A stretch of 64,000 nt of DNA from Longimicrobiales bacterium (lineage in GTDB: Bacteria > Gemmatimonadota > Gemmatimonadetes > Longimicrobiales > Gaopeijiaceae). The stretch lies in NCBI GenBank assembly GCA_965248195.1, contig CBDFIQ010000002.1:2784001-2848000 (forward strand), given 5' to 3'. The notes under the pieces are model-generated. The model was not told the DNA's origin and ran no database searches. It saw only the letters and a program-made list of their open reading frames with translations. Below, piece by piece: positions 22,776 to 31,259 of the stretch. Each line of letters opens with the position of its first letter. The stretch's first letter is position 1. The position numbers and the translations under genes were made by a program.

Positions 22776-24407
22776 ATGCGAATCCATTTGTTCCCCGTGT
22801 ACGCGGTGTCCGCGCTCGCGTTGTTTGGCCTCCTTGCCCCCTCGACGTCGTGGGCCCAACAGAGCACGGTAGAGGGCTCGGGGACGTCCGACGAACCGGA
22901 AGTCCCCCTCTTGGCGGCGGTGACCGGGCCACTGACCCGAGACATCACAACGGCCTACCCCGACGCTCAGGCGTACTTCAATCAGGGCCTCCAGATGATG
23001 TATGCGTTCACGATTCCCAATGCGCTGGAGTCGTTTGAAGAGGCCCAACGGCAGGACCCCGATTGTGCGATGTGTTTCTTCGGAGAAGCGTGGGCACGGG
23101 GACCGTTCCTCAACGGACGGATGCGGCCGTCGAACGCGCCTGATGCATACGAAGCGATCCAAACGGCGATTGTTCTCGCTGAAGAGTCTGGAACTCCCTC
23201 GGAACGGGCTTTGATCAACGCGATGGCCATCCGCTACACGGAAGAGGAAGACGCCGATCGCCGCCCGCAGCTCGACTCGATGTACTCGCGAGCGATGGCC
23301 GAAATCTACGAGGACTTCCCTGATGATTTGGACGTGGGCACACTCTATGCCGAGTCGTTGATTCTCCTCGATCCCGTGCGCGCCAACTACCGGCTCGGCG
23401 ACCCTTCGGTCCAGAAATTCCACCGGGTCCTGGAAGCGGTTCTGGCGAAGGACATCAACCATCCCGGCGCGTGCCACATCTACATCCACGCCACCGAAGC
23501 CACGGAGGAGCCGGGGAAAGCAGAGTCCTGTGCGGATCTTCTCGGGGCCTCGATTCCCGGGTCGAGTCACATCAACCACATGCCGTCGCACACGTACAAC
23601 CGGATCGGGCGCTGGAACTCAGCCGTGCGGTCCAACCTCGACGCGTGGCATTCGGACCAGCGCGTGGCCTTCCGGGAGGGTGTCTCCTACGGAGCGACTC
23701 ACAATCTCCACATGCTTCTGTTCGCGGGATCCATGGCAGGCCAAGGGGCTGTTTCGCTTTTGGCCGCGCAAGCGTACGCCGACCAAGTGGAAGGCGGCGT
23801 GTTCTACGAGGCGCTCGTCCTGCTTCGGTACGGTTGGTTCGACCAGATTCTAGAGCTCGGGGAGGCCCCCACCCTCCAGCAGCCCATCCAGCGCGGCCTC
23901 TTCCAGTTCGCGCAAGGGTACGCCCACCTCCGAGGTGGGGAAGCCGATTTGGCCGGTGTATACCTTGGGCGGGTCAAAGACGCCGCCGCGAGTCTTCCCG
24001 AGAGCACCCAAATCCGGGGGGCGACTGCGGCTCGGCTTCTCGGAGCTGCCGGCGGGATACTCGAAGGTGAGATTCTCCGGGAGGAAGGCCTGCTGAACGA
24101 GGCGATCGATGTGTTCGAAGAGGCCATCGAGATCTACGCCCCGATTCCATACGCCGAGCCCGAGGCCCTGAATATCTCGCCGCGCCACTGGTTGGGCGCG
24201 GCCCTTCTCGAAGCCGGACGCGCAGAGGAGGCGGAGGCGGTGTACCGGGAGGCGTTGGTCCAGCATCCGCACAACGGATGGTCGATCTACGGGCTGGAGC
24301 AGGCGCTCCGGGCGCAGGGGCGAGCGGCCGAGGCCGACGAGGCCCGGGCTTGGTTCCGGGAGGCCTGGTCCGACACCGATACGCTCATCCGTTCGTCACG
24401 GTTCTAG
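22776..24407 (+). CDS. Exported TPR-repeat protein with a His-rich motif, paralog B
   Basis: AQAYFNQG…DPDCAMCFFG, HPGACHIYIHA, HINHMPSHTY, PHNGWSIYGL. Confidence 0.85.
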   Translation: MRIHLFPVYAVSALALFGLLAPSTSWAQQSTVEGSGTSDEPEVPLLAAVTGPLTRDITTAYPDAQAYFNQGLQMMYAFTIPNALESFEEAQRQDPDCAMCFFGEAWARGPFLNGRMRPSNAPDAYEAIQTAIVLAEESGTPSERALINAMAIRYTEEEDADRRPQLDSMYSRAMAEIYEDFPDDLDVGTLYAESLILLDPVRANYRLGDPSVQKFHRVLEAVLAKDINHPGACHIYIHATEATEEPGKAESCADLLGASIPGSSHINHMPSHTYNRIGRWNSAVRSNLDAWHSDQRVAFREGVSYGATHNLHMLLFAGSMAGQGAVSLLAAQAYADQVEGGVFYEALVLLRYGWFDQILELGEAPTLQQPIQRGLFQFAQGYAHLRGGEADLAGVYLGRVKDAAASLPESTQIRGATAARLLGAAGGILEGEILREEGLLNEAIDVFEEAIEIYAPIPYAEPEALNISPRHWLGAALLEAGRAEEAEAVYREALVQHPHNGWSIYGLEQALRAQGRAAEADEARAWFREAWSDTDTLIRSSRF

Positions 24408-24696
24408 CCGACTCTCGGATCGGCAGTTTGTGGCTGCGTTGACAGGCTTACAAGGGCATTGCGAGAATGGCCAAGGAGGGACCGGTAAGGGTGAGGTCGG
24501 CTCCGATGGCGGCCGGAGTCCATTACCGCCAGCATTCACGCCTCTCCGGAAACGGCGGCGCTGTTGCGCCGGCTGTGATGACGGAGCGTGGGCTGTCGGT
24601 TCCCGAACCAGACCTTGGGGTCGCGAGATAGGACCTCCATAGGCCCGCCGCGTCAATGAGCCCCGGCGGGCGGCTTCAAATCAAGGAGAGCCAACG

Positions 24697-25590
24697 ATGG
24701 CGAACTCAAAGCTGGTCCTCGTCACTGGCGTCACCGGACAACAGGGCGGCGCGGTAGCACGTGCACTGATCGCGAAGGGCCATCGAGTTCGTGGAATGAC
24801 CCGGAACGTAGAGTCCGATGCAGCCCGGGCCGTGGCCGCGTTGGGTGTGGATCTGGTCGTGGGCGACTTCCGGGATTCGGATTCTCTCGCGGCTGCAGTA
24901 GCCGGCGTCGATACGGTGTTCGCCATGGGCACTCCGTTCGAAGCTGGGGAGGCCACTGAGGTCGCCCAGGGAGTCGCGATTGTGGATGCGGCCGTCGGCG
25001 CGGACATCGATCACTTCGTGTACACGTCCGTCGCCTCGGCCGACAAGAGCACGGGGATCCCGCACTTCGACAGCAAGTGGGAGGTCGAGAAACACCTGGC
25101 CTCGACGGAGTTGGACTGGAGCGTCATTGCCCCCGTGTACTTCATGGAGAACCTCTTCTTTGGAGAGAACCTGGGTGCCCTCCTGAATGGCTCCTATCCG
25201 GTGCCTCTTCCCGTCGATCTTCCCCTCCAGCAAGTGGCCGTAGCCGACATTGGCGCCTTCGGCGCGTTGGTGGTCGACAGGAAGGACGACTTCGTCGGTC
25301 GCCGGGTGGATATCGCGAGCGACGAGTTGACGTCCGCGGGGTCTGCGGCGGCTCTCGGCCAGCTCCTGGACCGGCCGGTCGAGCACTTCGAGGTGCCTAT
25401 GGAGCAGATCCGGGCTTTCAGCGAGGATTTCGCGGTGATGTACGAGTGGTTCATCGAGACGGGATATTCGGTCGATATCGATGGCCTCCGGACTGCCTAT
25501 CCAGAGGTGGGGTGGCACCGGTTCGCTGACTGGGCCGCCGTAGTCGTGCCGCCGGCCTTGGCGGAGGTGGAACGGTCGGCAGGTGCGTAG
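24697..25590 (+). CDS. NmrA/HSCARG family NAD(P)-binding protein
   Basis: VTGVTGQQGGAVA, HFVYTSV, IPHFDSKWEVE, PVYFMEN; AGGAG RBS. Confidence 0.92.
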   Translation: MANSKLVLVTGVTGQQGGAVARALIAKGHRVRGMTRNVESDAARAVAALGVDLVVGDFRDSDSLAAAVAGVDTVFAMGTPFEAGEATEVAQGVAIVDAAVGADIDHFVYTSVASADKSTGIPHFDSKWEVEKHLASTELDWSVIAPVYFMENLFFGENLGALLNGSYPVPLPVDLPLQQVAVADIGAFGALVVDRKDDFVGRRVDIASDELTSAGSAAALGQLLDRPVEHFEVPMEQIRAFSEDFAVMYEWFIETGYSVDIDGLRTAYPEVGWHRFADWAAVVVPPALAEVERSAGA

Positions 25591-25594
25591 AGCC

Positions 25595-26560
25595 ATGAGG
25601 AAGCCCTTCACTGCAGGCATTTTGGCGGTCGCGCTAATGGTTTCGAGCGGGACAGCCCTCGATGCCCAGGTGCGGGTCCCCGGCTGGAATCGGGTGGCCC
25701 CGCCCGGGGGTCATCAGAATGATCCGCAGCTTGTCCGGCCCGCCGGCGGACCCGTAATCCCCATTTTCGAGGGCTGGTTTCCCAACCCGGACGGCTCGTA
25801 CCAGCTCTGTTTCGGTTATTTCAACACGAACACGGAGCAGGTGATCGATCTCCCGGTCGGTCCGGACAACTCTATCGAGCCGCGCGAGTTCGACGGGTTG
25901 CAGCCGACACATTTCCTGCCACAACCCGATGGGGGTCGAAGGCATTACTGTGTTCTGAGTGTGAACGTCCCGCCAGACTGGGGTGATCGCGACCTGATCT
26001 GGACGCTACGCGACGAAAGGAGCGGTCAGGCTTTCAGCTCCCCGGGTCGCATAGTACACAGTACCTACCGCCACGACGAACCCTTGCAACTAGAGCGGCG
26101 GAACAGCCCACCGAAGATCAAGTTGGATCCGGATGGTGGGGAAGCGATGGGTCGCGTAGGGTTGACTACGGGCACGATCGCCGGGCCGCTCGAAGCCACG
26201 GTGGGAGATCCTCTGCCGCTGACTGCATGGGTACGCCGAGACAACCCTTTCCGCGAGAGTGACGGGAGGTCGATTAGGGTCAGATGGTTCAAATATCAGG
26301 GACCGGGCGACGTGATCTTCACGCCGGATTGGCCCTCGTGGAAGGAACGGACCGTGGGGTGGGTAGACTCCGCCACGTGGCTGGAGTCCGCCGACGCCTA
26401 CGGCCAGTTGGACACCGAAGCAACTTTCAGCGAACCGGGTGAGTACCTCTTGCAAGTCCAGGCCTACAATGCCTCGGGTCGGGCCACGTACGAAACCTCC
26501 GATTTCGAGTTCTTTTGTTGCTGGACCAACGCGTTCGTGAGGATCAACGTAAGTCGATAG
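25595..26560 (+). CDS. Exported hypothetical protein, 'EGW..N.DG…CCWxN' family, copy 1
   Basis: Signal peptide; PIFEGWFPNPDGSYQLCFGYFN, WFKYQGPGDV, CCWTN. Paralog of 57630-58490. Confidence 0.85.
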   Translation: MRKPFTAGILAVALMVSSGTALDAQVRVPGWNRVAPPGGHQNDPQLVRPAGGPVIPIFEGWFPNPDGSYQLCFGYFNTNTEQVIDLPVGPDNSIEPREFDGLQPTHFLPQPDGGRRHYCVLSVNVPPDWGDRDLIWTLRDERSGQAFSSPGRIVHSTYRHDEPLQLERRNSPPKIKLDPDGGEAMGRVGLTTGTIAGPLEATVGDPLPLTAWVRRDNPFRESDGRSIRVRWFKYQGPGDVIFTPDWPSWKERTVGWVDSATWLESADAYGQLDTEATFSEPGEYLLQVQAYNASGRATYETSDFEFFCCWTNAFVRINVSR

Positions 26561-26598
26561 GGTAAGTCGATAGAGGTCGATAGAGGAGGAGCAGGCAG

Positions 26599-28140
26599 AT
26601 GGGTGTCCTGACGAAGGATCAAGAGCTCCGTGTACGGACGAGATGCGTACGGACGACGGGGGTCTGGCGCGGTGCCGCCATGGTCGGCGGCATGTTTGCC
26701 GTGCTCGCTCTGTACCAACCCGCTTCTTCGTCCCAGAACGGGGTAACCAGTGTGGTGCAGTCGGTTGCTCAAGATGCCGCTGATCCCCCCACCTTCTCCA
26801 AGGAGGTGGTCCGGATTCTCCAGCAGAGCTGCCAGCGGTGCCATCAGCCCGGGGGGGTCGGACCGATGCCACTCGAGACGTACGAGCAGGCGCGGCCATT
26901 TGCTCCGTTGATCAGGGAATATGTGCGACGGCGGATGATGCCACCCTGGCACCTCGACCCCACCATCGGAATCCAGGAATACAAGAACGACTATTCCTTG
27001 AGCGAAGATGAGATCGAGACCCTCGTCGGCTGGGTTGACGCCGGCGCCCCCGAGGGTGATCCGTCACAACTACCGCCCCCTGTAGTATGGCCGAAATGGG
27101 AGGAATGGGAGCTCGAGGCCCAGCTCGGTCCGCCCGATATGGTGTTTGGGACGGGCCCGATCCCGATCCGTGCGGAGGGCCAGGATTTTTGGCCCTCGAT
27201 AAGCCTCGAGTGGCCGGCTCTGGAGGACCCGCGTTACCTGAAGGCGGCCGAGATCAAGAACACGGTCAAGGGCCGGGCCGCCCTGCATCACAACAACGTC
27301 TCTCTGAATCTCGAGAACGGACCCTCAGGGCGGGTGGTCGGAGCGGGCGCCGGAAAGAGGTGGGATTACTTCGGCGAGGACACGGGAATAAAATTTGGAA
27401 CGGGGCCGGGAAGGATCAACTTCGGCGCGCACTACTTTCCGATCGGAGAGGAATTCGAGGACAACATCGAGGTTGCTTTCTGGTTCCACCCGGAAGACGA
27501 TCCGCCTGAGACCGTGGCCAACGTCGAAATCCACCACCTGGTGGATCAGTTCGATCCGAGTCAGCCCAGAGGCCGCGATATCCTCATCCCGCCCCACGGG
27601 ACCCAGACGATGTATCGGACGTGGGTGTTGGACCAGCCGATCATGATCAACAGCTTCCGGGGGCATATGCACCTGCATGGGGTCGCTATGTCCATCGAAG
27701 TGGTCTGGCCCGGCAGAGTGCCGGACTACTACGGGCCGGGTGCGAACCGAAGAGATATCATCGCTTCGATCCACAACTACAGCCATAACTGGCAGACGTC
27801 TTTCGTATTCGAGGACCACGCACGGCCGCTCCTACCCAAGGGCACGGCGTTGGTCATGCGCACTCACTTCGACAACACCGAGAACAACCCGCTCTCGATC
27901 GATCCTGATCAGTGGGTCGTCTTCGGGGGCCGAAGCGTCGACGCGATGTCACATTTCCATATCAGCGTTACCTACCTGGACGACCAGAAGTACGAAACGC
28001 TGCTGGCCGAGAGGCAAGTGCAGCTGGCCGAAAGGAATGAACAGGAGGGGAGTTTTGGGACGGCCCTGCTGAGTGTCGCGCCGGAGCAACGGGAAGAGTT
28101 GGAGGGCGCTGTCCGAGGACGAAGGGCAGGAGGCGGGTGA
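26599..28140 (+). CDS. Cytochrome c domain fused to a copper type II (PHM/DBH-like) monooxygenase, copy 1
   Basis: CQRCH heme motif, MPPW, LHH, AHY, GHMHLHG, YSHNWQ, DAMSH. Confidence 0.8.
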   Translation: MGVLTKDQELRVRTRCVRTTGVWRGAAMVGGMFAVLALYQPASSSQNGVTSVVQSVAQDAADPPTFSKEVVRILQQSCQRCHQPGGVGPMPLETYEQARPFAPLIREYVRRRMMPPWHLDPTIGIQEYKNDYSLSEDEIETLVGWVDAGAPEGDPSQLPPPVVWPKWEEWELEAQLGPPDMVFGTGPIPIRAEGQDFWPSISLEWPALEDPRYLKAAEIKNTVKGRAALHHNNVSLNLENGPSGRVVGAGAGKRWDYFGEDTGIKFGTGPGRINFGAHYFPIGEEFEDNIEVAFWFHPEDDPPETVANVEIHHLVDQFDPSQPRGRDILIPPHGTQTMYRTWVLDQPIMINSFRGHMHLHGVAMSIEVVWPGRVPDYYGPGANRRDIIASIHNYSHNWQTSFVFEDHARPLLPKGTALVMRTHFDNTENNPLSIDPDQWVVFGGRSVDAMSHFHISVTYLDDQKYETLLAERQVQLAERNEQEGSFGTALLSVAPEQREELEGAVRGRRAGGG

Positions 28141-28212
28141 CCTTGACACCCTGCCTCTGCGGTCATAGTTCAGACTTGTAGGCTTGTCTTCAGCTCAATT
28201 GAGGAGGTTCTT

Positions 28213-28750
28213 ATGCAACGTCCTTTCGTCCTATCCACTAAGTTTGTTTGTTACGTTTTGTTTCCTTGCCGCCTGCACCGGCGATGACGGCCCCACGGGA
28301 CCAGCCGGAGCGGCGGGAGGGGCGGGACCAGCGGGACCGACGGGGGACCCGGGAATCCAGAGCTTCACGGCTGTACTGAATGAGGCGAATGTGGTGGGCG
28401 GTACCGGGAGCACCGCGACCGGCACCACGAGCTTCTCGGTCGTCGGGCAAACCCTTCTATACAGCATCAGTGTCACGGGCCTCCTCGACGTGACGCAGGT
28501 CCATATTCACGGTCCCGCCGCGGCGGGTTCCAATGCAGGCGTCATTCAGGACCTCTGTAGTTCCCGCGATGCGCCGCCGTGTGCAACCACCACGCCGGCG
28601 CTTACCGGGGTCCTCGTCGCGGGCGCGGGCACGGCCTCGAGGATCCCGTTCGATTCGCTGGTGGTCCTGATGGGGAATGGGAACGCCTACGTCAACGTGC
28701 ACACGAGCACATTCCCCGGAGGCGAAATCCGAGGGCAGATCATGCCGTAG
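28213..28750 (+). CDS. CHRD-domain lipoprotein with a short collagen-like linker; probable frameshift at about 28238
   Basis: FLAAC lipobox, GPTGPAG repeats, VHIHGPAAAGSNAG, YVNVHTSTFPGGEIRGQI. A strong RBS (GAGGAGG, 28201) precedes the ATG at 28213, which is one base out of frame with the main ORF. Confidence 0.8.
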
Positions 28751-28924
28751 ACTTCCCGTGCTTCGGGAAAACCCCATCTGCACGGATTCTTGGGCATCTT
28801 GAGTCGATCATGGCAGGCCCGGTATGCCACGATTTCCCTCGAGTTGCCCCCTGCGGGGTCAGCGGGCGACCGCGAGGGATACCTCGGGGCCCGTCGAGAG
28901 TGGGAACGCAGCCGCCAATCGCGC

Positions 28925-31117
28925 TTACATCGAGAGCAGGTAGGTCACCTTGATCAGGAGTTGGCGGTCCCGGAACTTCTCCAGGAATGGGGACACCAGG
29001 AGGTCCGTATCTCGGCGTACGTCGTCGTAGACGATGTAGATGTCGCTTCCAGGGCGGTAGATATACCGGAACCTGGCACTCGTGCTCCACTGATCGGCCG
29101 AGGAATTGAACTGGGTGAGCGTCCGAAGTGAAACGGCAGGGGAGAAGGCGTAATCGACCTGGAAGGATCCGATGTCGGCGGTGAACGCCCCCGCCGGGAG
29201 GTCTACGTCGCTTCGCGAAAATCTGGCCGAAGTGGCGAGTTTGCTCGTCACACGGACGCCAGCCCGCAACGACATGTCGGTGCGATCCCCGTCGTAGAAG
29301 GTTTGCGGCCCGTAGCTCACGCCATACGAGAACACCCGGGAGGGATCGCTGTTGTAGGATAGGCGCACGTCCCAGAACTGGTACTCACCGGGATCGATGA
29401 CGACGCCGCTCGCGACCTGGAACGGCCCGTCGAGCCGCTCGAAGACGCGGTTGTAGACAATGTTGAGGGCAGCACCGCTGTCGAATTGTGTCCCCAGCAT
29501 GTTGTGGTACCGGCGGCTGACCAGTCGGCCGGTCTGGTCCGTGTGGACGACGACGTGCCACATGGGCTCCAGCATCCGGATTCCCCATTTCCCTGGCCTC
29601 GGATTCCCCTCGAGGTGGAGCTTGCTCCTACGGATGCCGACCCGGGGTACGAAGCCTACCTCCGGGTTGAAGTTGTCTTCGAGGTCCGTGTACTCGGAGT
29701 AGATCCTCCACGACCGACTGAGCCATCCCGCCCTGACGTGGCCACCGAACTGTTCGTCCGAGACGCCCGGCGATGACGTACCCGCCAGAAACCCGTCGAC
29801 CGTGAGAGAGGGGGTGATCGAGAGCCTTAAATCTGTGGCGTACGTCCGATTGAACTGCCCGCCGCTACTGGCTTGCTTGTTGATGAAAAGCCCCCCGATC
29901 TGGGACCGCTGGAAGATGTCCCGGCTGTAGCGCGCAACCAGGAAGTTCTGCCCCGGCTCACCGAAAGCGTCCTCCGTCTGAAGATCCATGATCGCGAGGT
30001 TGTTCTGACCGATCTTCCCGGTGAGTCGTGCGCCGCCGAGGATCGGCACGGGCGTTCTCGAAGCGGAGAGGCCGATCTGTCTGGTGAAGAACAGGTCTGC
30101 GATCCGTCCGGTCGAGTTCGTCGTCCCGACCGCGAACTGACCTGCGTTCTCGAGGAAGAACTCACGCTTCTCCGGAAAAAAGAGCGGGAATCGTGTCAGA
30201 TTGACCTGCTCGTTATCCACCTCGGCCTGAGCGAAGTCCGTGTTGTAGGTGAGGTCCAGATTCAGGCTCGCGGTCACCCCGTACTTCACGTCGAGTCCCA
30301 TGTCACGCTGGGTGGAGTTGTCCGTGATCCCTCCCGCCCGCTGTCTCCGTCCGCCGCCGGTGACGTACGGCTTGATGCGAAGATCCCTTCCCTGGCTCAG
30401 ATCCTCCAGATCCCTCAGGCTTCCGGCGAGGCTGACTCTGGTCAGGGTGAACGCCCGAGGGATGGGTGCCCAGAAGACCTGCTCGTTCTTTCGCCGGATA
30501 TTCCTCATGAAATTGATCCCCCAGGTCTGGGGATCACTGTCCGGAAATCTGAGAGTCACCATCGGGATTGCGATCTCCGCCACCCAGCCATCCGAGGTGG
30601 ACCTCGCGGCCACGGACCAGACTCCGTCCCAGTCCCGGTTGATGGCTGAGCCGGTTGCCCGCCGGTCACGGCCGCCCTCGTCGAAGACCTGTTGGTCGAG
30701 CTGCGCTCCCAGTGGGCTCACCACGAACATGTAGGCGGACCGTGAGTCCATGAACGTGTCGAGGATTACCTGGAAGTTGTCCTCATCGAGGATCCGGTCC
30801 GCATCGCGCCGCATCTCGCTGGCGATCGGACCGTCAGGGGACGAGTCGAAGGCGTGCACGCCAAGAAAGAGGGTGCTCCCCTCGTACAGCACCCGTACCT
30901 CGGTTCTCTCGGTCGCGGGGGCTCCCTCATCGGGCTCCTGCTGGACGAATTCGTTGATGACCGCCGCAGTTTGCCAGACGGGGTCATCCAGCACCCCGTC
31001 GATCTGCGGGCCCTGTTCCACCCGGACCGCCCCGATCTGGTACAGCTCCCCGCTCTCCTGTGCGGAAACGGCCTGCGCGCACGCGATCATACAGAAAAGA
31101 AAAAATCCGTGGCGCAT
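28925..31117 (-). CDS. CBM9-like plus DUF5916 outer-membrane/exported protein
   Basis: PQIDGVLDDPVW, TERTEVR, DWDGVW, WVAEIAIP, NTDFAQAEVD, NLTRFPLFFPEKREFFLE. Confidence 0.85.
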   Translation of the reverse strand: MRHGFFLFCMIACAQAVSAQESGELYQIGAVRVEQGPQIDGVLDDPVWQTAAVINEFVQQEPDEGAPATERTEVRVLYEGSTLFLGVHAFDSSPDGPIASEMRRDADRILDEDNFQVILDTFMDSRSAYMFVVSPLGAQLDQQVFDEGGRDRRATGSAINRDWDGVWSVAARSTSDGWVAEIAIPMVTLRFPDSDPQTWGINFMRNIRRKNEQVFWAPIPRAFTLTRVSLAGSLRDLEDLSQGRDLRIKPYVTGGGRRQRAGGITDNSTQRDMGLDVKYGVTASLNLDLTYNTDFAQAEVDNEQVNLTRFPLFFPEKREFFLENAGQFAVGTTNSTGRIADLFFTRQIGLSASRTPVPILGGARLTGKIGQNNLAIMDLQTEDAFGEPGQNFLVARYSRDIFQRSQIGGLFINKQASSGGQFNRTYATDLRLSITPSLTVDGFLAGTSSPGVSDEQFGGHVRAGWLSRSWRIYSEYTDLEDNFNPEVGFVPRVGIRRSKLHLEGNPRPGKWGIRMLEPMWHVVVHTDQTGRLVSRRYHNMLGTQFDSGAALNIVYNRVFERLDGPFQVASGVVIDPGEYQFWDVRLSYNSDPSRVFSYGVSYGPQTFYDGDRTDMSLRAGVRVTSKLATSARFSRSDVDLPAGAFTADIGSFQVDYAFSPAVSLRTLTQFNSSADQWSTSARFRYIYRPGSDIYIVYDDVRRDTDLLVSPFLEKFRDRQLLIKVTYLLSM

Positions 31118-31259
31118 ACAGGTTCCTTATTGTGCAAAGTGATAGCGCGAAGGTAACAAACTCGCCGTCAACGGACGTCAGGTCCAGCCGCACGCCTCAA
31201 TGCAGAACTCCGCCCGCCAGGAGCTCGGCCGGCTTACGACTCGGCGAACGGCCCGAAGC

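Noticed and set aside
28143..28171. TTGACA promoter upstream of the CHRD gene
   Set aside because: The -35 is perfect but there is no good -10 at canonical spacing, so it is too weak to call.
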